Source: a plasmid | Length of the DNA: 64,000 nt | Sequence record: NZ_CP118944.1 | Reading direction: 5' to 3' (one strand) | In this document: positions 1 to 8,817 of the stretch, piece by piece | Layout: every line of letters begins with the position of its first letter | How positions within the stretch are numbered: position 1 is the first letter of the stretch | The notes under the pieces: model-generated | What the model was told of the DNA's origin: nothing | The model's input: the letters and a program-made list of their open reading frames with translations, nothing else | Databases searched by the model: none | Position numbers and translations under genes: made by a program

Positions 1-1375
1 GGAACAGCACCGCGATCTCCCATAGGCGAGCGTCGCCAGCCCTCTGGGCCCGAAGGTGGCGATGCCATTTCGAGCTGGGCCGCAAGAAGCTGGTCATCGC
101 GGCATCGTTCAAACCGGTACGAAGGGCCGTCACCGCTTCCAGAAGCGGCAGTGCAACGGGCGCAGCTCGCAGATCGAGCAGGCGCAACATGCGTGGAGCG
201 TATCGGCGGAAGCGGTGATAACCGTCGAGCACATGATTGAGCGGATCGTCGGCCATGGTGGCGGTCAGCCTGGTTGCCATTGCAACAAGGGTTTTTAAGC
301 CGTCCCACCCTGACCCACTCGCGATGACATCGCCCAGCGGCTGGCCATCATCCTGTGCATCGACCAGGGCGCCCCCGATCTCGGCGAAGGATTTCAGGGT
401 GTCACGCACCACCCCCGCTTCGTCTGCGACCTTTGCATGGCAAATACGCTCCGAAGCACGGTAGAGACGGCCGACGATCCGGTCGTGGGTTTCGACCACT
501 GCGTCGGCCAACATCGTCTGCCATTCCGAGACGCAAACAGCCAAGATCGCAAGCCGCCTGTCCTCCGGGAGATCGCGCATGCCGTCGGCATAATACCGTT
601 CACCCTGCCTGCGCAGACGAGTCACCCGATGGGCAGGAACGCCGGCAAGCAGATCCTCGGGGAGATCGATGCGTTGCAGATATTCGAGCCGGTCGAGCAG
701 CCGGTTGGCCGACGAAGAGTTCGAGCCAGGCTCGAACTGGCGCAGCCACACAAAACGGGTCACCCGATCATCAGCCGTCTCCTCGAGCAATGCCAGCAAC
801 TGTTCTCGGATCGACATAGGCAGCCGACTGGCGATCCTCGTCTCGATGCGTCGCTCGGCATCGACGAGAGCCGCGGCACAAAGCCGCTCGATCGTGGATG
901 TCGCGGGAAGGACAGTGCGGGTGCGTCGGCACTCGGCTACGAAGCGACGGGCGATATCCTCGTTCGACACCGCCATCTCGGCTTCTCGGAACAACCATTC
1001 CTTCAGCTCGCTCGCACCACGTCCGGAGAAGGTGCGGAAGCCGTAGAGCCCCCGTAACTCGGCAAGATGCTCGTGCCGTGTTTCCTCGCGGGCAGCATAG
1101 TCTACGAGATCGTCGGCACCCAGGCCAAGCTGCGCTCCGATAAATTCGATGACCTCTGCAGGGATCAGTTCGCCTGGAGCCAGCACCCGGCCGGGATAGC
1201 GCAGGACACACAATTGCAGGGCGAAGCCGAACCTGTTGTGAGCGCGCCGACGCAGCCTGATATGCCCAAGGTCTTCATCACTCAGCGTATAGTGCTTGAG
1301 CAAATCCGTCTGTGAAGTCGGCAAGCGCAACAGCGCGTCTTTCTGCCGATCGGTTAGAGTGACGCGACGCGGCAT
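1..1375 (-). CDS. tnpA: Tn3-family transposase TnpA (Tn5393-type), N-terminal ~458 codons; gene continues beyond window start
   Basis: Reverse-strand translation from ATG at 1375 reads MPRRVTLTDRQKDALLRLPTSQTDLLKHYTLSDEDLGHIRLRRRAHNRFGFALQLCVLRYPG..., typical Tn3-family TnpA N-terminus. It is divergent from tnpR as in Tn5393. No stop before window edge. Confidence 0.8.
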   Translation of the reverse strand, partial: MPRRVTLTDRQKDALLRLPTSQTDLLKHYTLSDEDLGHIRLRRRAHNRFGFALQLCVLRYPGRVLAPGELIPAEVIEFIGAQLGLGADDLVDYAAREETRHEHLAELRGLYGFRTFSGRGASELKEWLFREAEMAVSNEDIARRFVAECRRTRTVLPATSTIERLCAAALVDAERRIETRIASRLPMSIREQLLALLEETADDRVTRFVWLRQFEPGSNSSSANRLLDRLEYLQRIDLPEDLLAGVPAHRVTRLRRQGERYYADGMRDLPEDRRLAILAVCVSEWQTMLADAVVETHDRIVGRLYRASERICHAKVADEAGVVRDTLKSFAEIGGALVDAQDDGQPLGDVIASGSGWDGLKTLVAMATRLTATMADDPLNHVLDGYHRFRRYAPRMLRLLDLRAAPVALPLLEAVTALRTGLNDAAMTSFLRPSSKWHRHLRAQRAGDARLWEIAVLF

Positions 1376-1500
1376 ACATGTTCCTTTTTCAAAATCTGAT
1401 AGCGTTCAAGACGCTTTGTTTATGAAGCTGGTTGAGATACATTTCCAGAGGTCAATGCAATCGTGGCCGAAGCGCCGCCTCAAACCAACGTTTGTGATAC
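1376..1500. promoter_or_regulatory. res / divergent promoter region between tnpA and tnpR of the Tn5393-type element
   Basis: Position between divergent tnpA and tnpR. Tn3-family res sites lie here by established architecture. Subsites not individually mapped. Confidence 0.45.
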
Positions 1501-2115
1501 ATGCTGATCGGATATGCCCGCGTCTCCAAAGCCGATGGCTCGCAGTCTCTCGACCTGCAGCACGACGCCTTGCGCGCCGCAGGTGTCGAACGGGACAATA
1601 TCTATGATGATCTTGCTTCCGGCGGTCGTGATGATCGCCCTGGCTTGACTGCCTGCCTCAAGTCATTGCGTGACGGCGATGTGCTGGTGGTCTGGAAGCT
1701 CGATCGCCTCGGACGATCGCTTGCCCATCTGGTCAACACGGTGAAGGAGCTGTCAGACCGCAAGATCGGCCTGCGGGTTCTGACTGGAAAGGGCGCTCAG
1801 ATCGACACCACGACTGCGTCCGGTCGCATGGTGTTCGGAATCTTCGCCACCTTGGCCGAGTTCGAGCGGGATCTGATCCGAGAGCGCACCATGGCGGGTC
1901 TCGCCTCCGCGAGAGCGCGCGGTCGCAAGGGCGGACGAAAATTCGCGCTCACCAAAGCTCAGGTGCGTCTCGCGCAAGCCGCCATGGCCCAGCGCGATAC
2001 TTCAGTTTCCGATCTCTGCAAGGAACTCGGCATCGAGCGCGTCACTCTCTACCGATATGTCGGTCCCAAAGGCGAGCTCAGAGACCATGGAAAGCATGTT
2101 CTCGGACTTACGTAG
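1501..2115 (+). CDS. tnpR: Serine resolvase TnpR (Tn5393-type)
   Basis: 204 aa. MLIGYARVSKADGSQSLDLQHDAL... is a resolvase catalytic N-terminus with active-site Ser, and there is a C-terminal HTH. Confidence 0.9.
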   Translation: MLIGYARVSKADGSQSLDLQHDALRAAGVERDNIYDDLASGGRDDRPGLTACLKSLRDGDVLVVWKLDRLGRSLAHLVNTVKELSDRKIGLRVLTGKGAQIDTTTASGRMVFGIFATLAEFERDLIRERTMAGLASARARGRKGGRKFALTKAQVRLAQAAMAQRDTSVSDLCKELGIERVTLYRYVGPKGELRDHGKHVLGLT

Positions 2116-2180
2116 CAACTCGTTTCTTTTCGCAGGTTGAGCCACCTCCGCGCTTCATCAGAAAACTGAAGGAACCTCCA

Positions 2181-2984
2181 TTGAATCGAACTAATATTTT
2201 TTTTGGTGAATCGCATTCTGACTGGTTGCCTGTCAGAGGCGGAGAATCTGGTGATTTTGTTTTTCGACGTGGTGACGGGCATGCCTTCGCGAAAATCGCA
2301 CCTGCTTCCCGCCGCGGTGAGCTCGCTGGAGAGCGTGACCGCCTCATTTGGCTCAAAGGTCGAGGTGTGGCTTGCCCCGAGGTGATCAACTGGCAGGAGG
2401 AACAGGAGGGTGCATGCTTGGTGATAACGGCAATTCCGGGAGTACCGGCGGCTGATCTGTCTGGAGCGGATTTGCTCAAAGCGTGGCCGTCAATGGGGCA
2501 GCAACTTGGCGCTGTTCACAGCCTATCGGTTGATCAATGTCCGTTTGAGCGCAGGCTGTCGCGAATGTTCGGACGCGCCGTTGATGTGGTGTCCCGCAAT
2601 GCCGTCAATCCCGACTTCTTACCGGACGAGGACAAGAGTACGCCGCAGCTCGATCTTTTGGCTCGTGTCGAACGAGAGCTACCGGTGCGGCTCGACCAAG
2701 AGCGCACCGATATGGTTGTTTGCCATGGTGATCCCTGCATGCCGAACTTCATGGTGGACCCTAAAACTCTTCAATGCACGGGTCTGATCGACCTTGGGCG
2801 GCTCGGAACAGCAGATCGCTATGCCGATTTGGCACTCATGATTGCTAACGCCGAAGAGAACTGGGCAGCGCCAGATGAAGCAGAGCGCGCCTTCGCTGTC
2901 CTATTCAATGTATTGGGGATCGAAGCCCCCGACCGCGAACGCCTTGCCTTCTATCTGCGATTGGACCCTCTGACTTGGGGTTGA
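2181..2984 (+). CDS. strA: Aminoglycoside 3''-phosphotransferase APH(3'')-Ib (streptomycin resistance)
   Basis: 267 aa. Sequence MNRTNIFFGESHSDWLPVRGGESGDFVFRRGDGHAFAKIAP... matches StrA as remembered. The 1-nt TGA/ATG overlap with strB is characteristic. Confidence 0.93.
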   Translation: MNRTNIFFGESHSDWLPVRGGESGDFVFRRGDGHAFAKIAPASRRGELAGERDRLIWLKGRGVACPEVINWQEEQEGACLVITAIPGVPAADLSGADLLKAWPSMGQQLGAVHSLSVDQCPFERRLSRMFGRAVDVVSRNAVNPDFLPDEDKSTPQLDLLARVERELPVRLDQERTDMVVCHGDPCMPNFMVDPKTLQCTGLIDLGRLGTADRYADLALMIANAEENWAAPDEAERAFAVLFNVLGIEAPDRERLAFYLRLDPLTWG

Positions 2985-3820
2985 TGTTCATGCCGCCTGT
3001 TTTTCCTGCTCATTGGCACGTTTCGCAACCTGTTCTCATTGCGGACACCTTTTCCAGCCTCGTTTGGAAAGTTTCATTGCCAGACGGGACTCCTGCAATC
3101 GTCAAGGGATTGAAACCTATAGAAGACATTGCTGATGAACTGCGCGGGGCCGACTATCTGGTATGGCGCAATGGGAGGGGAGCAGTCCGGTTGCTCGGTC
3201 GTGAGAACAATCTGATGTTGCTCGAATATGCCGGGGAGCGAATGCTCTCTCACATCGTTGCCGAGCACGGCGACTACCAGGCGACCGAAATTGCAGCGGA
3301 ACTAATGGCGAAGCTGTATGCCGCATCTGAGGAACCCCTGCCTTCTGCCCTTCTCCCGATCCGGGATCGCTTTGCAGCTTTGTTTCAGCGGGCGCGCGAT
3401 GATCAAAACGCAGGTTGTCAAACTGACTACGTCCACGCGGCGATTATAGCCGATCAAATGATGAGCAATGCCTCGGAACTGCGTGGGCTACATGGCGATC
3501 TGCATCATGAAAACATCATGTTCTCCAGTCGCGGCTGGCTGGTGATAGATCCCGTCGGTCTGGTCGGTGAAGTGGGCTTTGGCGCCGCCAATATGTTCTA
3601 CGATCCGGCTGACAGAGACGACCTTTGTCTCGATCCTAGACGCATTGCACAGATGGCGGACGCATTCTCTCGTGCGCTGGACGTCGATCCGCGTCGCCTG
3701 CTCGACCAGGCGTACGCTTATGGGTGCCTTTCCGCAGCTTGGAACGCGGATGGAGAAGAGGAGCAACGCGATCTAGCTATCGCGGCCGCGATCAAGCAGG
3801 TGCGACAGACGTCATACTAG
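2984..3820 (+). CDS. strB: Aminoglycoside 6-phosphotransferase APH(6)-Id (streptomycin resistance)
   Basis: 278 aa from ATG at 2984 (MFMPPVFPAHWHVSQPVLIADTFSSLVWKVSLPDGTPAIVKGLKPIED...). The ORF track starts 9 nt earlier at a TTG. Confidence 0.93.
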   Translation: MFMPPVFPAHWHVSQPVLIADTFSSLVWKVSLPDGTPAIVKGLKPIEDIADELRGADYLVWRNGRGAVRLLGRENNLMLLEYAGERMLSHIVAEHGDYQATEIAAELMAKLYAASEEPLPSALLPIRDRFAALFQRARDDQNAGCQTDYVHAAIIADQMMSNASELRGLHGDLHHENIMFSSRGWLVIDPVGLVGEVGFGAANMFYDPADRDDLCLDPRRIAQMADAFSRALDVDPRRLLDQAYAYGCLSAAWNADGEEEQRDLAIAAAIKQVRQTSY

Positions 3821-3845
3821 ATATCAAGCGACTTCTCCTATCCCC

Positions 3846-3926
3846 TGGGAACACATCAATCTTACCGGAGAATATCGTTGGCCAAAGCCTTAGCGTAGGA
3901 TTTCGCCCTCTCCCGCAAACGACCCC
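3846..3926. repeat. Terminal inverted repeat of the Tn5393-type transposon (outer end GGGGTCGTTTGCGGGAGAGGGCGAAATCC at 3926 reading inward)
   Basis: Reverse complement of 3898-3926 is GGGGTCGTTTGCGGGAGAGGGCGAAATCCTACGCTAAGGC... This is the GGGG-initiated Tn3-family end, located right after strB as in Tn5393. The 81-bp length is from memory. Confidence 0.6.
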
Positions 3927-3929
3927 ATC

Positions 3930-4451
3930 ATGCGCCCCCTCGATACCGTCCTAAAGTTTGGGGACGACGCGGCTTACAAGAGATTCCAGGCGGCAGCCAG
4001 CGCCAGGCTCCAGGAGGAAGCTATCCCCCTATACAAGGGATATGCGAAAGACAGCAGCCAGATAAAGCCGACCATCAGCTCTTTCTCCGTCGTATCCAAG
4101 AGCGACGCGCCAATGGTGGGCTATGTGGCCAATGCGATCATGACGCGCACGGTTAAACCCGAACTGCAGCTGCTCGCCGGCCACCTTATGCAGATTATCG
4201 CGCAGGAGAGCGGGGCGCCGCTCACCCCCCTGTCTGAACCGGTTCCCGGGGCGCTGGCCTTCTTGTTCGACCAGTATCTTGGCCTGTGGCATGGAAGCGG
4301 TGACCTCAAACTCTCCAAGGAGCAAAGCGAGATGCTGATGACGGAGTATGTTCACTGCTCAGATAACTGGGCGCCGCTCGGCCCCCTCTACGTGAACGCC
4401 CCCGCCCCAGGCCGGGTTCGTCGCATCTACCAGCAATCTCCGGGGAAGTGA
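3930..4451 (+). CDS. Hypothetical protein (173 aa); ORF begins 4 nt after the transposon IR
   Basis: Long ORF with no recognisable motifs. The start abuts the Tn5393 end, so it may be a 5'-truncated gene. Confidence 0.4.
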   Translation: MRPLDTVLKFGDDAAYKRFQAAASARLQEEAIPLYKGYAKDSSQIKPTISSFSVVSKSDAPMVGYVANAIMTRTVKPELQLLAGHLMQIIAQESGAPLTPLSEPVPGALAFLFDQYLGLWHGSGDLKLSKEQSEMLMTEYVHCSDNWAPLGPLYVNAPAPGRVRRIYQQSPGK

Positions 4452-4455
4452 CACG

Positions 4456-4740
4456 ATGAAGCGAATAGCGATTGCCCTATCCCTTTCCATCACGCTGGTT
4501 GCTTGTGGTGACGCCAAGGAGGAGAAGCAGCACCGCAAACCACCAGAGGAGCAGGTGATCAGTGAGCCAGCCCATGGGATTGGAGCCATTTTTGGGAAGC
4601 CAAACCCCGATTACACACCACCAGGGAGGATAGTTGATAGCCCGGACTTTAAAGTGACTCTCCCAGAGGACCGCTGGGAAGAGACCACTATCAGCAAGAA
4701 AGAGGGCAAGCCAAGCGCGGCGGTAGGTGTAGATAAGTGA
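4456..4740 (+). CDS. Small putative lipoprotein (94 aa)
   Basis: N-terminal signal peptide with lipobox LVACG (MKRIAIALSLSITLVACGD...). It starts 5 nt after the preceding ORF. Confidence 0.45.
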   Translation: MKRIAIALSLSITLVACGDAKEEKQHRKPPEEQVISEPAHGIGAIFGKPNPDYTPPGRIVDSPDFKVTLPEDRWEETTISKKEGKPSAAVGVDK

Positions 4741-5232
4741 GAGCTCGCGGGGCTGCCGCAACATGCCCAGGATAAGGGGTCGTAAAGCACGTTAAGAGAT
4801 TCGATACCCAGCAACGGCGCGGCTTTGCGCAAGCAGCTCCCCCTTAGACACAGCATTTTCGAGGTTCTCGAAACTCGGCTGTTTCAGCCGTGCAATACGA
4901 GAGTGGTTTTCGAGAAAGCAACATGCCATACCAGCACTGGCGCGGATCTGATTATCATTGAAGCCTCTCAAAAACGGTCGTTTATGAGACTTTTTACCAT
5001 GCCAATGGCTTACCGTACTTTAAATTCAGAATTCTGATGCGACCCCCTTAGTTAGTACAAAACCGTTCTAATGGACTTCATACCCCCTGATCACCCCCGT
5101 CACCGCCTGATCCCTTAGTTCGGCTGCAGGGTGAACATGGCCAGGGGCAGTGGCACTCCGCCCCTCGGTCGAATTGATGGACTCTATCGAGATCAACTTA
5201 ATAAGATGCTAAGATGGTAAGATGGTATGTTG

Positions 5233-5535
5233 TTATTTTAATTTTGCTTCCTTTATCAGGGCTGAAATAGCGGATTTAGATTGGTTTTTGAATGCTGTTA
5301 CAGCAGCTCTAACTACATCGGAACGATTGGCTCGCGCGCCACTTGAGATCATCTCTCCTCGAATTATGTCATCTATATCTCGAAGGTTTTTTTCTGAAAA
5401 AGAGATGCTGATAGGTTTTGCCTTATTAAGGATTTTTGAATTTTTAGGCTGTTCAGTGGATGCATCTATACCCGCAGAACCTCCATGTATAAAGGCTGTC
5501 TCATCACGAGAGGCTGAAGGTGTTCTATTTCTCAT
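5233..5535 (-). CDS. parG: ParG-like small partition/centromere-binding protein (ribbon-helix-helix type)
   Basis: 100 aa, immediately downstream of and overlapping the ParA-type ATPase gene. The C-terminal region has RHH-like charged/hydrophobic periodicity (ARANRSDVVRAAVTAFKNQSKSAISALIKEAK). Confidence 0.55.
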   Translation of the reverse strand: MRNRTPSASRDETAFIHGGSAGIDASTEQPKNSKILNKAKPISISFSEKNLRDIDDIIRGEMISSGARANRSDVVRAAVTAFKNQSKSAISALIKEAKLK

Positions 5536-6158
5536 AGGATGATTTCCTTCACAAGTAGTTCAATTTCTTCTTGAGCTTTAATATTTTGCGTTTCAAAAAT
5601 TGTCATGGATTCAGCCCATGCATCTCGGTGCGCTTTTCTATCACATACGCGTGAGGTGGCTAACTGCATTTCTGGAAATTCAACAAGCACTTCCGCTGCT
5701 TGGTTTGCTTCGTTGACGAACATATTTGTTGGCGTCATGTTCAAAACCAAATAGCCGCGAACATTTTCATTGAAATCTTTTGCTGCGGTAAAAACGGAAC
5801 AAGTATGAGGAACCACATCAAGATCCATTTGGGATGGTCGCAGTGGAGAGATAAACACATCTGCTGCCATAAGACCGCTCCGCATTTCCGCACTGTCACG
5901 GCCTGCACAATCAGCGATCACATAATCGTATGATAATTCATGCTCCTTTAGCATTGCTTTTATATTGCCAGTTGCACCCGTCACTGGCATATGAGGTAGG
6001 CTTTCCGGCCGGTTGTTGTACCATGTAAGAACGGATTTTTGATCATCTGCATCGACAATTAATACCCGTTTTCTGAGAGTCATTAAGTATGCTGCAATCG
6101 AGACGGCCAACGTACTTTTTCCTACTCCCCCTTTCTGACTACCCAAAACAATTATCAT
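5532..6158 (-). CDS. parF: ParF/ParA-family partition ATPase (small Walker-type)
   Basis: 208 aa. The deviant Walker A motif GSQKGGVGKST is at the N-terminus. The ~200-aa size is typical of type Ib ParA (ParF-like). Confidence 0.85.
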   Translation of the reverse strand: MIIVLGSQKGGVGKSTLAVSIAAYLMTLRKRVLIVDADDQKSVLTWYNNRPESLPHMPVTGATGNIKAMLKEHELSYDYVIADCAGRDSAEMRSGLMAADVFISPLRPSQMDLDVVPHTCSVFTAAKDFNENVRGYLVLNMTPTNMFVNEANQAAEVLVEFPEMQLATSRVCDRKAHRDAWAESMTIFETQNIKAQEEIELLVKEIIL

Positions 6159-6232
6159 AATCCCCCTCCCTATGTTGTTAACTTAACAAGTTAATAATAC
6201 AGGGATGCACTTGGATAGGCAATGCCTTGTTA

Positions 6233-6288
6233 TCTTATGATCTTGTCATCTTGTCATCTTGTCATCTTGTCATCTTGTCATCTTGGTT
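6233..6288. repeat. Iteron array: TCTTGTCA x5 perfect plus degenerate flanking copies, upstream of parF (centromere/operator candidate)
   Basis: Direct 8-bp repeats at 6241-6280 seen in sequence. Located 75-130 bp upstream of the parF start. Confidence 0.6.
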
Positions 6289-6420
6289 TGCCCCATCTGT
6301 GGGGTTGGGTGAGTTTTCTTATGTACACCCCAGATGAACCATCTAGACAGTGAGCTCCGGAAGTAGTAAAACCACTCAAAACATACCATTTTATGTAAAC
6401 CACTTAAAAGAGACCACTGC

Positions 6421-7059
6421 GTGTCCAATCGTGTTTTTGCCTATTTACGGGCCAGTACCAAAGAGCAAGATGCCCTGCGGGCTAAAGAGCCTCTTTTGCA
6501 CTTCGCGAATGAACGCCAGTTCCAAATTGATGGCTGGTTTCAAGAGCATGAAAGTGGGGCCATGTTCACGCGCCCTGAATTGTTTCGGTTGTTGGAACTG
6601 GCAAAGCCAGGTGACATCTTGCTCGTTGAGCAGGTGGATCGGCTTAGTCGACTGGATACCCCTGACTGGGAACGCCTGAAAATGCTGATCAAAGGCAAGG
6701 AGCTGCGGGTGGTTGCGCTTGATCTCCCCACCTCTTGGGCCATGCTCACGCCTTCGGCTGGTTTCCAGGAGCGGATGTTGGCCGCCATCAATGACATGAT
6801 GCTTGATATGTTGGCTGCCATCGCTCGTAAAGACTATGAGGATAGGCGTAGGCGGCAGGCCGAGGGCATTGCCAAGGCCAAGCAGGCAGGGCGATACAAA
6901 GGACGTCCAGTCGATACTGCGTTACATGACCGAGTGCGATTGGCGTTAAACAACGAATGGTCATGGTCTCAGATTGAGGCTAATTTCAAATGTTCCAGGG
7001 CAACCATTGCCAAGGTGGCAAAAGAGATGAGGGCGGCCCCTGATGCCATTCAACAATGA
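6421..7059 (+). CDS. Serine recombinase (plasmid resolvase / multimer resolution), divergent from par operon
   Basis: 212 aa. VFAYLRASTKEQD... has an N-terminal catalytic Ser motif, and there is a C-terminal HTH. Confidence 0.8.
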   Translation: MSNRVFAYLRASTKEQDALRAKEPLLHFANERQFQIDGWFQEHESGAMFTRPELFRLLELAKPGDILLVEQVDRLSRLDTPDWERLKMLIKGKELRVVALDLPTSWAMLTPSAGFQERMLAAINDMMLDMLAAIARKDYEDRRRRQAEGIAKAKQAGRYKGRPVDTALHDRVRLALNNEWSWSQIEANFKCSRATIAKVAKEMRAAPDAIQQ

Positions 7060-7659
7060 TGAAGATAATGCCTATCTGGATCTACAGCTTAAAATGGCGC
7101 TGGATAGTTGGGATCCGGCTAAGCCAAGGCGTTGGCTGGCGCGCTATGGTGGTTTACCTGGCTTAGGTATCGGAACTGGAGTCGTGGCCAAGGAATACAA
7201 GGCATTGCTAGTACAGGCTCAGGCGTTAACCCAACGAAAACGGCGCACAGATGGTGGCGATAGTTTACCCAATATCAATTATCCGCTTTGGTGATCATCG
7301 TCGTGCCACTGAATACACATGACCTTATTTACTGTACGCGCTCGGGTCAATGCTGCCCATTCATCCCTATACCGTGTTACATTTGCGCTATTTTATCCCC
7401 GCCGAATGTCCCCAGTGAGACTAAGCAGAACTTATGAAAAAACTTTCGATTGATTCACCAGAATTGGCTTCGACTTCTTTGATTGAGGAAAACATGGGGC
7501 AGTTAAAGCAGCTGTTCCCGGATGCGTTTAGTGAGGGAAAAATTGATTTTGATGTGTTAAAGCAATTGCTTGGTAGTGAAGTCGATGATAGAGAGGAGCG
7601 CTATGGCCTGAATTGGCACGGTAAGCGGCAAGCTCGGCAAATTGCATTAACACCATCTA

Positions 7660-8817
7660 AATAGCTGTTCCGAATAGTAGATCACCGGAGGAAGGGAACT
7701 CAGTCCAGTTTGTGCGATCTGATTAGTCGCTAAACAAAACAAGCCACACCCAAAGGACTGAGTTGATGCCTATCCTACCACCTCTGCCACGACCACAACG
7801 GCGCCGCATTCACAAAATCATCCATGCCACCCGTGATAAAGGACATGCTCGTCGCTTGATGGCCATCTTGCTGTTACATGAAGGACGCACGATCACCGAT
7901 GTTCATCACCTTACCGGCGCTGCGCGCTCGACCATCGGTCGTTGGCTTCGGTGGTATCGAGATGAAGGCATAGATGCGCTAGAAGCCTTACCGGCTGGCC
8001 GTGCCCCAGTCTTACCTATCGCCAAGATTGTCACCCTACTGGTGCTGCTCATGCAGTTTTCTCCGCAAGATTTTGGTTATCAGCGCAGCCGTTGGTGTAC
8101 TGAACTATTGGCTATAAAAATCAATCGGTTAACAGGGCTCAATGTGGCAGCCTCCACGCTCCGCCGATGGTTACCTCGTATGGGCATTGTCTGGCGCAGG
8201 CCCGTGCCGACCTTGCGGATAAAAGACCCAGCCTATCAGGAAAAAATGGCGAATATCGACGCCGCGCTGGCCCGCTGTGATGCCGATAATCCGGTGTTTT
8301 ATGAGGATGAAGTCGATATAGACCTCAATCCCAAATTAGGAGCCGACTGGATGTTCAGAGCGCAGCAAAAGCGGGTTGTCACACCGGGGCAGAATGCCAA
8401 GCATTATCTGGCAGGCGTTCTCCACGCAGGCAACGGAAGGGTACTTTACGTCAGCGGGATCAAGAAAAACTCATCGCTGTTTATTGCCATGCTGGAAAAG
8501 CTGCGCCACCACTACCGACGAGCCAAAACCATCACGTTGATCCTCGATAACTACATCATTCACAAAAGCAAACAGACCGAGCGATGGTTGAAGAAGAATC
8601 CCAAGTTCTGCCTGGTGTTCCAGCCAGTTTACAGCCCTTGGGTTAATCACATAGAACGGCTATGGCACAAGTTACATGAAACCATCACGCGCAATCATCA
8701 ATGCAGAGGGATGGCAAACCTGCTGGCCCGAGTGAAACACTTCATGGATACCGTGTCTCCTTTCCCGGGGAATGGCTATGGCACAGCGAAGGTGTAGCAC
8801 TATTGGGATCAGTTATT
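7660..8817 (+). mobile_element. IS630-family insertion sequence, copy 1 (1158 bp), TA duplication within CTAG target
   Basis: Identical to copy 2 at 30371-31528. Flanked by c-TA ... TA-g. Terminal imperfect IRs are AATAGCTGTTCC / GGATCAGTTATTT. CTAG target with TA duplication is the known IS630 behaviour. Confidence 0.85.
7763..8797 (+). CDS. IS630-family DDE transposase
   Basis: 344 aa. N-terminal HTH, C-terminal DDE region (…TLILDNYIIHKS…). Confidence 0.85.
   Translation: MMPILPPLPRPQRRRIHKIIHATRDKGHARRLMAILLLHEGRTITDVHHLTGAARSTIGRWLRWYRDEGIDALEALPAGRAPVLPIAKIVTLLVLLMQFSPQDFGYQRSRWCTELLAIKINRLTGLNVAASTLRRWLPRMGIVWRRPVPTLRIKDPAYQEKMANIDAALARCDADNPVFYEDEVDIDLNPKLGADWMFRAQQKRVVTPGQNAKHYLAGVLHAGNGRVLYVSGIKKNSSLFIAMLEKLRHHYRRAKTITLILDNYIIHKSKQTERWLKKNPKFCLVFQPVYSPWVNHIERLWHKLHETITRNHQCRGMANLLARVKHFMDTVSPFPGNGYGTAKV

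Larger units (their letters stand above)
1..3926. mobile_element. Tn5393-type Tn3-family transposon, right portion (tnpA'-res-tnpR-strA-strB-IR); left end outside window
   Basis: Gene content, order and terminal IR. Confidence 0.8.

Noticed and set aside
437-1211. Several overlapping ORFs (437-1057 +, 669-1046 +, 771-1211 -) inside the first 1.3 kb
   Set aside because: They lie within and antisense to, or out of frame with, the Tn5393 tnpA coding sequence. tnpA reads continuously on the minus strand from 1375 with a canonical TnpA N-terminus.
6233-6288. CRISPR array possibility for the short direct repeats at 6233-6288 and 29771-29924
   Set aside because: Units are 8-9 bp with no spacers. 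CRISPR repeats are 24-48 bp separated by unique spacers. These are iteron or tandem arrays.
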